The position numbers were made by a program, and so were the translations under genes. 64,000 nucleotides of DNA from Ranitomeya imitator (Eukaryota), in the NCBI RefSeq assembly GCF_032444005.1, contig NC_091286.1:68262001-68326000 (forward strand), in the 5' to 3' direction. The notes under the pieces are model-generated. The model saw only the letters and a list, made by a program, of their open reading frames with translations, did no database searches and had not been told where the DNA came from. The first letter of the stretch is position 1, and each line of letters opens with the position of its first letter. This document shows, piece by piece, positions 1-11,408 of this stretch.

Positions 1-779
1 CCTTAATACCACGGCAGGCTGTGGGTTCTCTGCTGGAATGGCAGATTCCACCGGGTCCGCCATTCTGCAGGAGGCTGTAGCTGGCGTCAGGATTGCCGCT
101 CCCTCCTTAAATGATTTTAGAGCGGTGTATGCGTCCCTGAAGCTGCTCCCCTCTGGGAGTGTCAGCACACCGCTGTCACTCGGCGTGTGACATCACTTCC
201 GGTTTGATACAGGAAGTTTCCCCATTCACTCAGCGCCTGGCGTCGTGATGGGCACGCCCCCTTACCCCAGCTCAGCCTCCGGCCAGGAGCGAATGCCGGG
301 GAGCCCGCAGCAGGCAGGATGCTTCTCCGCAGCTCCAGGGCCCGTAAGTGGCGAGCGCGCGCCGACACCCGCCACGCGCCTTGGTCTCCGGACCAGAATC
401 TGCCAGAGAGAGATCCCTCCGTATGCAGCACCTCAGGCTCCCCGCCAGAACAGGAAACCAAACTGAGGAGAGTGGTGCCGCCCCCATCTTTTATCTCCTC
501 TGCAGGTTTCCTGTTCTTGGGGGTGGGAGCCATCTCTCACGTAACGGTGCTGTCATGGGGAAGGGAAAAATACCACTGACAGCAGCATTTAACTCGTGCT
601 AGTCGGAAGCAAGTCCCAAGTCCCACTCATGCAATCGTGGGGCATCAATTGTTTTTCATGACAACCTGGGGGGGAGGGGGTCTGCAGAAGACCATGCCGC
701 TCATTACAATACTCCTGGGAATGCTGACTCATGGCAGACGTTCATTGAAGATCATGATTTTTGCTACACATAGTAGTGT

Positions 780-1450
780 ATTGTTATGACGCCATATTAA
801 AAATAAAAAAAAATACACAAAGACACATAGCTGCCTTCCCGAAGTGTTTGATATCAAAATATAAAGTAAATTAATAAAAAAAATTGAAATTCAAGAGCTA
901 GTTTCTTTGAAAGCCTCAATATTGCAATAACAGGCGATTAAAACACCGTATCTAACCAAACACGGTATCAATAAAAAAAAAAAAAGTCAGCTCAAAATGC
1001 AAAAAAAATACAGCCCTAGAACTTGAAGAAAAACAGACGCTATGGGTCTCGGGAAAACGGTGACATAAGCCAGTTTTTTTTCTCAAATTTTGGATCTCTT
1101 TTTTTCCATCACTTAAATAAAAAACCATACATGCTGGGTATCTGCGTACTCTTAGTGACCTGGAGAATCATAATGATGGGTCAGTTTTATCATTTATTGA
1201 ACATGGTAAATACAAAAAATAAAAAAAATATACGGTAATAAATTGTGGAATTGCATTTTTTTTTTTTTGCAATTTCACAGCACTTGGAATGTTTTCCTCT
1301 TTTCCAGTACATGATATGGTCAAATCCATGGCGTCATGCAAATGTAGAACTTATCCTACAAAAAAACAAGCTCTCATATGGCCATATTGAGAAGAAAAAT
1401 GAAAAAAGAAAGTTAAAAGTTATGTCTCTGGGAAGAAGGAAAGGAAAAAA
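780..1450. mobile_element. Fragment homologous to the 46.7-47.4 kb TTAA element
   Basis: Shared strings tgacctggagaatc, tgtggaattgca..ttttttgcaatttcac and catatggccatattga. No TIRs found. Confidence 0.5.
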
Positions 1451-1567
1451 ATAAAGCGTATTGGACCAACAACTTAAACTCCTTAACAGCCAATTTATTT
1501 TGAAAATGACTATTTTTAGTATATTACTATGTACTGTTAAATGATGTGAAAACTATATTCTACATAC

Positions 1568-1681
1568 CTTCATATGCAGAACTCTGTTGCTCTTTCAGCA
1601 GCGACTGAATGTTGTCCAGCGGTATATAATCCTTGCACAGCTCTTTGCGCCTTTCAGTCTGCGTCATACTTAGAAGCCGCT
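1568..1681 (-). CDS. MACROD2: MACROD2 coding exon 2
   Basis: ctctgcag|AG CGG CTT CTA ... TAT GAA G|gtatgt, 114 bp. With exon 1 (G+AG = Glu) it reads ERLLSMTQTERRKELCKDYIPLDNIQSLLKEQQSSAYE versus recalled human ERLLKMTLEERRKEYLRDYIPLNSILSWKEE. Splice phases match. Confidence 0.93.
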
Positions 1682-1981
1682 CTGCAGAGGAGACAACAGG
1701 GTCACGATTTTTGCAACACAATTTTAGCGGTAGTAATGGGCACATGAAAAAACTTCAGTTGTTGTAAGGACAGGTAATAGAAAAATCAATGTCAGTTATT
1801 ACTATTATTGTTTCATCAGCAAGTTTCTCGAATGCAATAAATAAAAATAAAAAAAATAGAATAGAAATATTCAAAGCTTCTCCTGCTATTTATAACATTA
1901 ACATTGAACAAACTAGACTTGCATGGGTGATCGGTGACAAATTAAGGAAACTACAGATATTGATCTAAGACAAGGTTAGGA

Positions 1982-2142
1982 AATAATAATAATGATAATT
2001 TTTATTTATATAGCACCAACATATTCCGCAGCACTTTACAATTAAGCGGGGACATGTACAGACAATAAATTCAGTACAAGTTAAGACAATTTAAACTTTG
2101 ACCTTAGGGGCGAGGTCCCTGCTCACAAGCTTACAATCTACA
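1982..2142 (-). mobile_element. LINE/SINE 3'-tail fragment (L2/CR1-type tail)
   Basis: (AAT)n followed by tttatatagcaccaacatattccgcagcactttaca...gcttacaatcta. Related tails lie at about 11330-11400, 39105-39200/41008-41080 and 55515-55670. Confidence 0.6.
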
Positions 2143-3351
2143 AAAACAAAACAACCAGTATAGATTATAACCAGAACACGTTCCACAGAAAATAGACAGA
2201 CATCTACAATGACTGGAACGCCATTTAAAAAAGCCTGTCCTCTAACTTGCCGATACTGGCATACCCTGGAAATCTGGGTCCTAAAACTTTTCGCAGAAGT
2301 GAATATGAGCTTAGTATCTGTTTACATCTGCATTAAGTTGGCAGATCAGGACAAAAATAAAAAAGTGGATTTGAGGACAATGGATGATGTAGGATGCGTT
2401 ATCCACACGAAGTTGGGAAAAGTAGAACGGCGATCGTAAGTAGAGAGGAGGCGCCGGATCAAGACCACAGATTACCATTGACATAATAAAATATCTTTTT
2501 TGTGCCTTGCAGAGCAGATTGGGGACTTCCATACAGCTCACTAGAATGCTGTAATAGAGGGCTTGAAAAGGTGCTGGCCGTACTCATCTGGTGAAAACTT
2601 AATGACTGGTTCCTTTAAGGATGAGTAATTGTCACAGATTGAGTAATTGACACTTTTTTTTAATCCTCTACTTCACTTTTTATCGTTTGCAGTTAACATG
2701 TGGTAGAGGCTCTAACAATCAGGAACAATACAGCAAGGAGATACTTAAGGTAAATACTTTACATTTCTGTATTAAATGCAATCTCCCTGTGGTTCATATC
2801 CCTATTATATTCGCAGACATAACTGAACATCCATTTTCTACTTTCTGAACAGTTTGTACACAGCTTACACTCACTGTCTAGAGCACTTTAGAGGATATTA
2901 CCTTTGATATGTTCTGCAGAGATAATTTACTTTATTACATGGCATAAAACAGGGTTGGTGGGAGCGGTTATCAAGGTCTGCACTTCAGTTTATTTTTCTC
3001 ACCAAAAACAAACGGGACTGCTATACAGGTAGATTTTGCTACTTTTTCAGGGCTTAGAGGGGGATGGGCAACCACAGTCAGATTCATTATTTTACACTAG
3101 AATTTTCCATCAATTATATCAGAAATGTGCCAGCTCATAGCTGCTGTAGATTTCATTTCTTGGTGCCCTCACATGCAAAGATCCAACATATTTATGAAGC
3201 AACCTGCAACTCTTAATACATTTGTCCCATTTTACTTATCGTGTGTATTGATCACAAGACATTTGTGAATTCCACCGAAAAGGTTTCAGATCAATTGTAA
3301 ACAAAAAATTACATGACCAAGTTGTATAACCTTGCCCTACACAATGGTTAA

Positions 3352-3556
3352 AAGGGAATTGGTCTGCAGGTTTTTGCCATGTAATCTGACAGCATCATGA
3401 TGTAGGCACAGAGACATCAATCCCTGTGATGTGCCACTTAGTTTATTGGGTGCAGCAGTAATGACTGTCAGTTTTCTCTGCAGCAGAGCTCCGTTGTTGA
3501 GATGTGGATAATACACCCACATCACATTATAGCAAAAACCTGGCGACAGATTACCT
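3352..3556. mobile_element. Decayed T2/Kolobok-type MITE; a second MITE fragment starts at 3561 on the shared TTAA
   Basis: TTAA|aagggaattggtctg ... gacagattacct|TTAA followed by ggggctatccactact. Confidence 0.55.
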
Positions 3557-4116
3557 TTAAGGGGCTATCCACTACTAGAACAACCCCTTCTCATACATCA
3601 TGCTTTGCCCCAATAAAATACAAAAAGCTTATACTCGCCTGTCCTGACGTTCCAGCGGTATCGGCACTCACATTCCCGGGGTTCTCGTGCGCCTATGACA
3701 CGTAGTGCCCAATCAGCGCTGGTGTCCCTGTCCCCGCCTTTGTACAAGTCAAACATGAAGAAGAGGTAGTCAGTGCAGCAGCTGATCTCAGGCTTCCTCT
3801 TAATGTTCAATTTGTATGAAGGTGCAAACAGCAAAGCCAACGATAGGTGCCGGGCTTAAATATTATCAAAACTGTACGATAGCCCCGGGACTGCTGGAAC
3901 ACCACCAGCAATGGAGGAGAGTATAAGCTTTGTTTTATAGGGATTATAAAGGTGGTTTGTTTGTTTTTTTTGTTTTTTACCACCTTGACCACAACACTTC
4001 AAAATGTGGCAGAAGGTAATTCCACCTGAAGATGTTTAGTCTCCTCCTAAGGAGGGTTCCCTAGCACACAGCTGAAACATATTGCACAGGATTACATGTC
4101 AGCTCAGCAACATATG

Positions 4117-5158
4117 TGTGGCGCCCCTGAGAGTCCAGTGGCCACAGAGGTACTGCACCTCATCCAGAGGTGTGGTACCCTACTCTCAGGTAAGAAGGGG
4201 CCACCCGGTACCCGCACTTTAGCATCCAACACCACACCACTCCAGGCCAGGGGATCTGGGCTGGAGGGGGGAACTAGGTAAAGGGCGTGGGTGGAGAGAG
4301 TGACAGTTGGTAGTGAAATGTCATCATGGAGTCTGAGGAGAGCGGAGAAGACAGGAGCTCCCGAGATAGGAAGGGGTGCTAGGGGCCAGGGAAATGAAGA
4401 ATCTATGCCAACCGTAGTCAGCTAGAGGGACCAGGTCATAGTGGGGACTGGTCCCAGACAAGAGGAGAGATTGTAGGACTCAGCTAGCAAACCGGAGGCT
4501 GTGGTGGCTGTAAGTGCCACAGCCAAATCTACACACATTCGCTAAAAAGGCAGCTACATAGGGTTAAGAGGACCAGGAGGACTTCGCCTGACAGGACTTG
4601 AGGCTGATGGCTTGGGACCCTGTGTCTAAGGTGCAGGGCAGGAACGCGCGAGCCAGCGCAGGGAGAGACTACCCAGAAAGGTACACAACAAGGGGGTCCC
4701 GGAAAAGTGCACCCTAGACTACCCGAGAGCTGGTTGGACCACCGAACCAGAGGACTCAGCACCCGGCTGGTGATTATAACCTGGAGACTGTGAGTAAAGT
4801 GTGAAGACTGCACCCCGCTGTGTCCTCAGAATTATTTACTGCGTCACCTGCCATGTATCACAACAGTTACCATCATCAAATTTACCCCTTAACTGCCCTG
4901 GGGCCCCTTTCTACCTGTGGGGAGCTGTACCATCTTTGCTGCGTTACCACTGGCCTCAGTGGACCTGAACTGCAGAGTTGGCCATCCCTTGCCGAACATC
5001 ACGGGTAGCGTCATGAATTCATCCCATAGATTCCCGCCCCCCCCTTGCATTTTTTTATGGCACGTCAAGGGCCACGGAGTTGGGTCACAGCCCCTTGACT
5101 TCCCCAAAGAACTGTCCGAACCGGTTCAGAGTACCCCACGGCCCTGGTGGGCATTGCA
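4117..5158. mobile_element. Solo LTR (Gypsy-like)
   Basis: TG...CA ends (TGTGGCGCCC / GGGCATTGCA) with a perfect 4-bp TSD TATG; 1042 bp; GC-rich relative to flanks; no internal coding region. Confidence 0.8.
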
Positions 5159-5634
5159 TATGCATAAAAAGGACTCCTGACATTTTACAAATATAATCAT
5201 GAAACAATTTGTTCAAGTCATTTGCTGCCATATTTCTGTCACTGCTAAGTACTTTAAAATGTCTTCTGCACCAGTTCCAAGTGATATAATGGAATATTCA
5301 GGTGGGAAAAAGTTTATGAGAATTTCATAAGTCAACTTGTTACAATGGTGACCTCCTATTACAGCAACATGAATTCAGTGAGCTCTATACAACAACCCAT
5401 TCTTTCACAAATGTTAGTAAAAAGGCATAGTGCATGGATAGGTCCTGGGTTTTACACAACTGTTGCAGGACAGTGAAAAACTGAATTCAAATGATTACAA
5501 AAAGTGAACCTGTCTCAATTTACACTGCCCAAACCAGGTGCAGAATAAGGCTGTGTGCACACAGTTATTTTCCCCCATGCAGAAATGGGCCAAAACAGCT
5601 TTGGAATCTTTATGCAATTTGACTCAATATCAAT

Positions 5635-5804
5635 NNNNNNNNNNNNNNNNNNNNNNNNNNNNNNNNNNNNNNNNNNNNNNNNNNNNNNNNNNNNNNNNNN
5701 NNNNNNNNNNNNNNNNNNNNNNNNNNNNNNNNNNNNNNNNNNNNNNNNNNNNNNNNNNNNNNNNNNNNNNNNNNNNNNNNNNNNNNNNNNNNNNNNNNNN
5801 NNNN
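5635..5804. other. Assembly gap (170 N)
   Basis: N run. Confidence 1.
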
Positions 5805-6397
5805 TTGAGAACAACTTAATTGACAATAACCATGAGTAACCATAAAAAAAAAAACATGAAAACAAACAGGGGAAATCTCAATTAAAAACAGAGCAAACAC
5901 TAGACAGATGTAATATACCAGACAAAATGAGTATGCATTATTTTTGAAAGAAAATTCTATACGGCTCTTTTGTGAAACCCAATCAAACTAAGTACCGATA
6001 CGTTAATCTCATATATCAATAAATTACTATATGCGCCAGTATGACTGGCTGAAAAAAATACAGCACAATGTGTGCAACAATTACTATGAGATTAGGTTGC
6101 TGTGTGAACCTAATCTCATAGTAGTTGTTGCACACATTGTGTTGTATTTTTTTAGCCAGTCATACTGGCGCATATAGTAATTTATTGATATATGAGATTA
6201 ACGTATCGGTACTTAGTTTGATTGGGTTTCACAAAAGAGCCGTATAGAATTTGCTTTAAAAAAATAATGCATACTCATTTTGTCTGGTATATTACATCTG
6301 TCTAGTGTTTGCTCTGTTTTTAATTGAGATTTTCCCTGTTTGTTTATTTTCATGGTTTTTTATGGTTACTTAAGGTTATGGTCAATAAAGTTCTCAA
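5805..6397. repeat. Long near-perfect inverted repeat (arms of about 290 bp, 8-nt loop)
   Basis: The left arm ending ...ctatgagattaggtt (6098) mirrors aacctaatctcatag... (6107 onward). The left edge is set by an N gap. Confidence 0.9.
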
Positions 6398-8434
6398 TTT
6401 TACATCTTTTTGTATGCCTTTTCTTTCCCCTATATATATGGGGAATTGTGTTTTGCAATATTAATTGAAGGTTTATATGATATTTTGGATTGTGTTATAC
6501 ATTCAATAACAATCCTGTAGTGTTGTGCACATGATCGGTAATTTTCCTTGCATATTTGCAGTGCGTTTTTTTTCTGCAGCATGTCAATTATTTGTCCGTT
6601 TCTGCAGTGTTTTTCACCCATTAACTTCAATTGAGTCAGTCATATCCGCAGCAAAAACTCAGGTATAAAAAGGTTTGCAGATTTGCTGAGTTTTTGTTTG
6701 CATTTTCACATACTTCCTATGGCGTTTCCCACAACATCATCTGTGTGACAGCAACGCGGGAAACACCAGCACGATTGCTCTTATCGGCGGTAACGATACA
6801 GCGGTTAAGACAGTTGGTCAGAGGTCTGCGGAGCAATGCTGTCAGCGTGACACAGCAGCTGTGACAATGAACAGCGGTAAAACACTTACCGCAGGTCAGC
6901 AGGCATGGGCTGATGAGGGACTACACCTCCCATTAGCCTATGTCTGCAGTGACTGATGGTGACAGCAGGTGTTGCTGATGGGAGATGTAGACTCATCAGC
7001 AATCACCTGTGCTCAGTTAAAAAAAAAAATAATAATAATTACATGCATATTAAAATACAAAATTATACTCCCTCAGCACCAAATCACTGATGCCCTTGTC
7101 TCCTAGAAATAATGTAAAATAAAAAGCCACCATATACTCACCTGTAAGCTATAGTCCACATTATCCAGAGTGTCCTATGGCAATCTCACGTGTAGAACAG
7201 TCACATCGGAAGATGTGATGACTACCCGGAAAAACACTGCGGGAGCGATTACCTCCAGTCAGTGTATCACTAAGCTGCCGTGATAGAGTTCACCGGAGTT
7301 CATCAGCAGTTCAACTCTGATGCTCTCACTTTCGGCACCGCTGCGTGAGAACTTTATCATGGCAGCTCAGTGATACACTGACAGGAGGTAATTGCTCCCG
7401 CAGTGTATCGCTGGCTGTCTTTGAGATCAGTCACATCAGTGACTGCTCTCAAAATCAACATGATCGTCATGGGACATTTTGGATTATATTCTCTGCGGAC
7501 TGGTGAGGAATATTGTGATTTATTTTATTTTTGTTGCAGGAGGAGATGTTGATGTCAGTGGATTAAGAGTTTGGCAAGTATGGTTTAATTAAGATTCACT
7601 ATAAGAGTCTGTGTCATTATTACCAATAAAGGACTTTATTCTGGGTGTGTTTTTTTTTTTTACATTATCACTGTGGGGTTACTAATGGATAGGTCTAATA
7701 GATGACTATCCAATACTAACCTGTGGGCTTCATGTCACCTGTCTATACAAAGGCGACATCAACCCCATTTGACACCGCTACAGGGAAAGTGGGAAGAGCG
7801 AGGCTAAGCGCCAGATTTGGCGCATCTTCTAGATACACCTTTTCTGGGGTGGCTGATAGCTTTTGTTTTTAGTCTGGGATGTGGCCAATATCTATGACCC
7901 CTTCCTAGGCTATTAATATCAGCCTGCAGTTGTCTGCCTAGCCTTTGCTGGTTAGATTTTATAGGGGGATCATGTCAATTTTTTCTAGTGTCCCCCTGTA
8001 AACTAGCCAGTAAAGGCTAAGCAAACAGCTGTGAGCCGATATTAATAGCCTGGGAACCTTTATGGCTATTGGCTCCTTCCCAGAATATTAACATCAGCCC
8101 TCAGCTGGTTATTAAAATGACACAAGAGCCCACACACTTTCTTTAAAATTTAACAGTTTCCGTTTGGTTACAGCCTATGTACGTTCGTTCTGTTAAAGCT
8201 CCTACATAGGCTGGTGATAATGTGTTTGTGTTTACTCATCGGCTTAGTAATGAGGGTGTTGGGCAGACACCTTTTTATTACTAAGCCTAGTGCTTGGTGA
8301 CAATGACGCTGCTGACACCAAGCCCTAATCCCATAACCCTGATGTCACTGCATCAGCATGAAAAAGGTGGTGTTGAACCAAGAAATTACAATTTGTTTTA
8401 AAATATATCCTTATTTAACTCAGAAAAGCTTTTC

Positions 8435-10545
8435 TTTTTTTTTTGTAAATCTGTTTATTAAATTTTTCATGTTACAAAACAAACAAAAACGATTTAGAAG
8501 TCTCAAACCCAACCCATTCCCTCCCCCACCCAAAAACCCTTTCCCTGCATGCGCGTAACCATCAAAGCATGTTACGGAATTGGTGAATTGCCGCTTATCC
8601 GCTGTAAAAAGTACCATTGGGTGTTTTCAAATTGCGCTCTCAACTTTTCCCTAGTCTCCAGAGGAAGAGACGGAATAAGAGTAGACCATGTAGACAAATC
8701 TACCTGACATTTTCTCCTTATTGGTCAAAGCATCCATCCATTCCATTCTAAATATAAATTGAATCTTTATACGAATAAGAGAGAGCGATGGGGTTGCTGG
8801 ATTCAACCATTGATGCAGTATGCTTTTCCTGGTCGCCGAGGCCCATATCATGAGTGTTGCTTTGATATGTCTGGATAATTTGTGGTGTGCCTTATCTAGA
8901 ATGTTAAAAATAGCCCATTGTGGGGTGAGCGTGAAACGGATTCCACACATTTTCTGCAGCTCAGCATGAACACCACCCCATAACTCCTGAACTTTCGGGC
9001 AACTCCACAAATGGTGGTATTTATCAGTGTTGCAGGATTTGCACTTAAAACACAAGTAAACGGAGACAGGAGACATCCTGGACTGCAAATAGGGCGTGAT
9101 GTAGGCTCTATGTAATATTAATAGTGCCATGTCAGTGTAACTGCTATATGATAGTACTTTCCTTTGCGCTAGTGTAGCATCAAGAAGATCTTCCACCTTG
9201 AGGCCCGGGAGGTCCCTTAACCACCTAGCCACTCCCGTGGTTTTCCCCTCCCATGTCCATTTTTTGCGTATTACCGAGTAGATGCTACTTCTAGACGCCG
9301 GTTGGGATCTTGCATTTCTAATAAACCCATCTAGGTTAATCCTCCCTTCCCCCACCCCTCCAATCGACTGACATTTCTGTGCTAAGCTGCGCGCCTGAAG
9401 AAATTGGAAGGGACTATTGCTAAATAGTGGGAAACGCTGCGATGCTGTTTCAAAGGTTAACACCGAGAAATTAAGATCCAGTAGATCAATTGCTTGCCTA
9501 CTGCCCTGGGAGGCCAGATGTTTATAGAAAGATGGTGCAGTGCCCCTCAAGAACCCCAGATTACCAAGGAAAGGCTGATATGAGGACAAACCAGCCCTTA
9601 GTTTACAAATCTTTCTACAGCGTCTCCAAGTCAGTATTGTTGCCACAGTGTCGGATGTTCCTGTATTTCCATTGGAAGAACCTACCCTTTTAAATGTAGC
9701 AAAGCCGACAGTGAGATATGTGGGTAGAATTGTTGTTCTAGGCCAACATTGGCGAAATGAGAGATACCTCTTATCCAATAAATGGCAAATCTAAAATTAG
9801 CTGCCAGATTATATCTACCCAAGTCAGGAAAGTTGATTCCACCCTCTGCCCTTGTCGCCTGTAATTTAACAAGACCTATACGCGTTCTGCCTCCAAATCC
9901 CCAAATAAATTTACGAAAATTTGAGTTTAATAAACCAAGATCTGCTCTAGACAGGAGGAGGGGCAGCGTCTAAAAGGCATATAACAATTTAGGAAACACT
10001 ATCATTTTAATTAGATGGCATCTGCCGGAGAACGACAAAGTGAAATGTTTCCACGAATGTAGGAGACTAATTATGGAGGAGATTAGAGGTTTATAATTGA
10101 CTCTATATAAAATGGAAGGGTCCGCAGGCAACCGTATCCCCAAGTATTTAATAGATTCCTGGCTCCAATGAAATGGAAACAAGGGATCACTCAACCTCCC
10201 AGACCTGAAAACAGCTAGAGCCTCGGATTTACTATAATTGACCTTAAAACCAGAGCACTTACTAAATTTCTCCAAGATATTCATGATAGCCGGGATTGCC
10301 CGAGTTGGGTTGGCAATAAATAAAACAATGTCATCGGCAAAGGCCGAAATCTTTATAGATGCAGCTCCTACTCTCACCCCTTCAAATGTCACCTCGTTCT
10401 GTAACGTCCTCAAGAATGGATCTAGTGCTAAATTAAACAAGAGGGGAGACAAAGGGCAACCCTGGCGCGTCCCTCGTTGGACTTCAAAGGGCTTAGATAA
10501 AGTGTTATTTACCGACATCCTAGATATCGGGTTTTTATAGATTGA
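8435..10545 (-). mobile_element. 5'-truncated L1 (LINE-1 clade) ORF2 fragment with 3' UTR and poly(A)
   Basis: Reverse-transcriptase motifs RQGCPLSP and AFADD; C-terminal zinc knuckle CFKC..YHHLWSCP; in-frame stops and a frameshift; AATAAA plus A-tail on the minus strand. 13-bp TSD AGAAAAGCTTTTC at 8422-8434 and 10546-10558. Confidence 0.95.
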
Positions 10546-10735
10546 AGAAAAGCTTTTCATTGCTGCGCACAAATGCATACAAAAACACACCAAAAAAATA
10601 GCATTTGTTCTGCAGCGTTTTTCTTGCCAACACATGCAGAAACCGTGCTGAAATTTCTGTTAGCGAATACTCAACGTGCGCACATAGACTTAGAGCCTGG
10701 CTGCAAAATTGCAGCCAGGTAAGTTTTTGTCTTAA

Positions 10736-11262
10736 ATGGAACCTGTCAGCAGGATTGTGCACCATAACCTACAGACATTGTCAGGTCAACGCAGTTATAC
10801 TGAATAAAATGATACCTAGGTTGATTTAATCTGTCTTGTGGTTGTTCTTTAATTTTTATTCTCAGTTTTGAGATAATGATTTGCTTGTGCTTCACCTCAT
10901 GTGGTGCCCTGCTTATGTATTAATAATGAAGACTGCTGACAGGTAACAAATCCCTGAGGATTATATTAAAAAATTGAAATGGCTCCCACCACGGCTGAGC
11001 AGCAGCAGTCAGTGTATATAGAAGTGATCCTTTAGCTGGTACTGCGCAGGTGGAGCCATCTTGAAAGAGGACATTTTTTTTTCGTTTCTTGCAGGTGCCA
11101 TTTTAAAATGGATTTATTTTTTATACTCCTCAGGAAGATAAAGCATATTTATTAACTGCACATTAAACATGTGATTATGCTGCAGAATATGCAGTCAGTA
11201 TAACGACGCTGACGTGACAGTGTCTCTAAGTTACTGAACACAATCCTGCTGACAGTTTCACA
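10736..11262. mobile_element. T2/Kolobok-type MITE
   Basis: TTAA flanks; TIR atggaacctgtcagcaggattgtg / cacaatcctgctgacagtttcaca. Confidence 0.7.
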
Positions 11263-11408
11263 TTAAACACTCTGGCCTCTCAGACAGTACTGTGCCAACC
11301 CATAGCTGGCCAATAATCATTGTTTTTCCATTTCTATACCGCCAACATATTCTGCTGCACTTTACAATTTTAGAGGGGACTTATACAGATAATAAATACA
11401 TCTTTTAA

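Larger units (their letters stand above)
5549..10689. mobile_element. Possible long non-autonomous Harbinger-type element hosting the palindrome and the L1
   Basis: TAA|GGCTGTGTGCACAC at 5549 and GTGCGCACATAGAC|TTA at 10689. It spans an assembly gap and the flanks differ, so pairing of the two ends is uncertain. Confidence 0.35.

Noticed and set aside
162-602. GC-rich ORFs at the window start
   Set aside because: They overlap in several frames with no recognisable domain or splice context; likely TE-internal sequence.
5515-5900. ORFs spanning N runs (also 20088-20618)
   Set aside because: They are artefacts of translating assembly gaps.
6910-6940. CTGATGAG hammerhead core
   Set aside because: No downstream GAAA or stem II partner.
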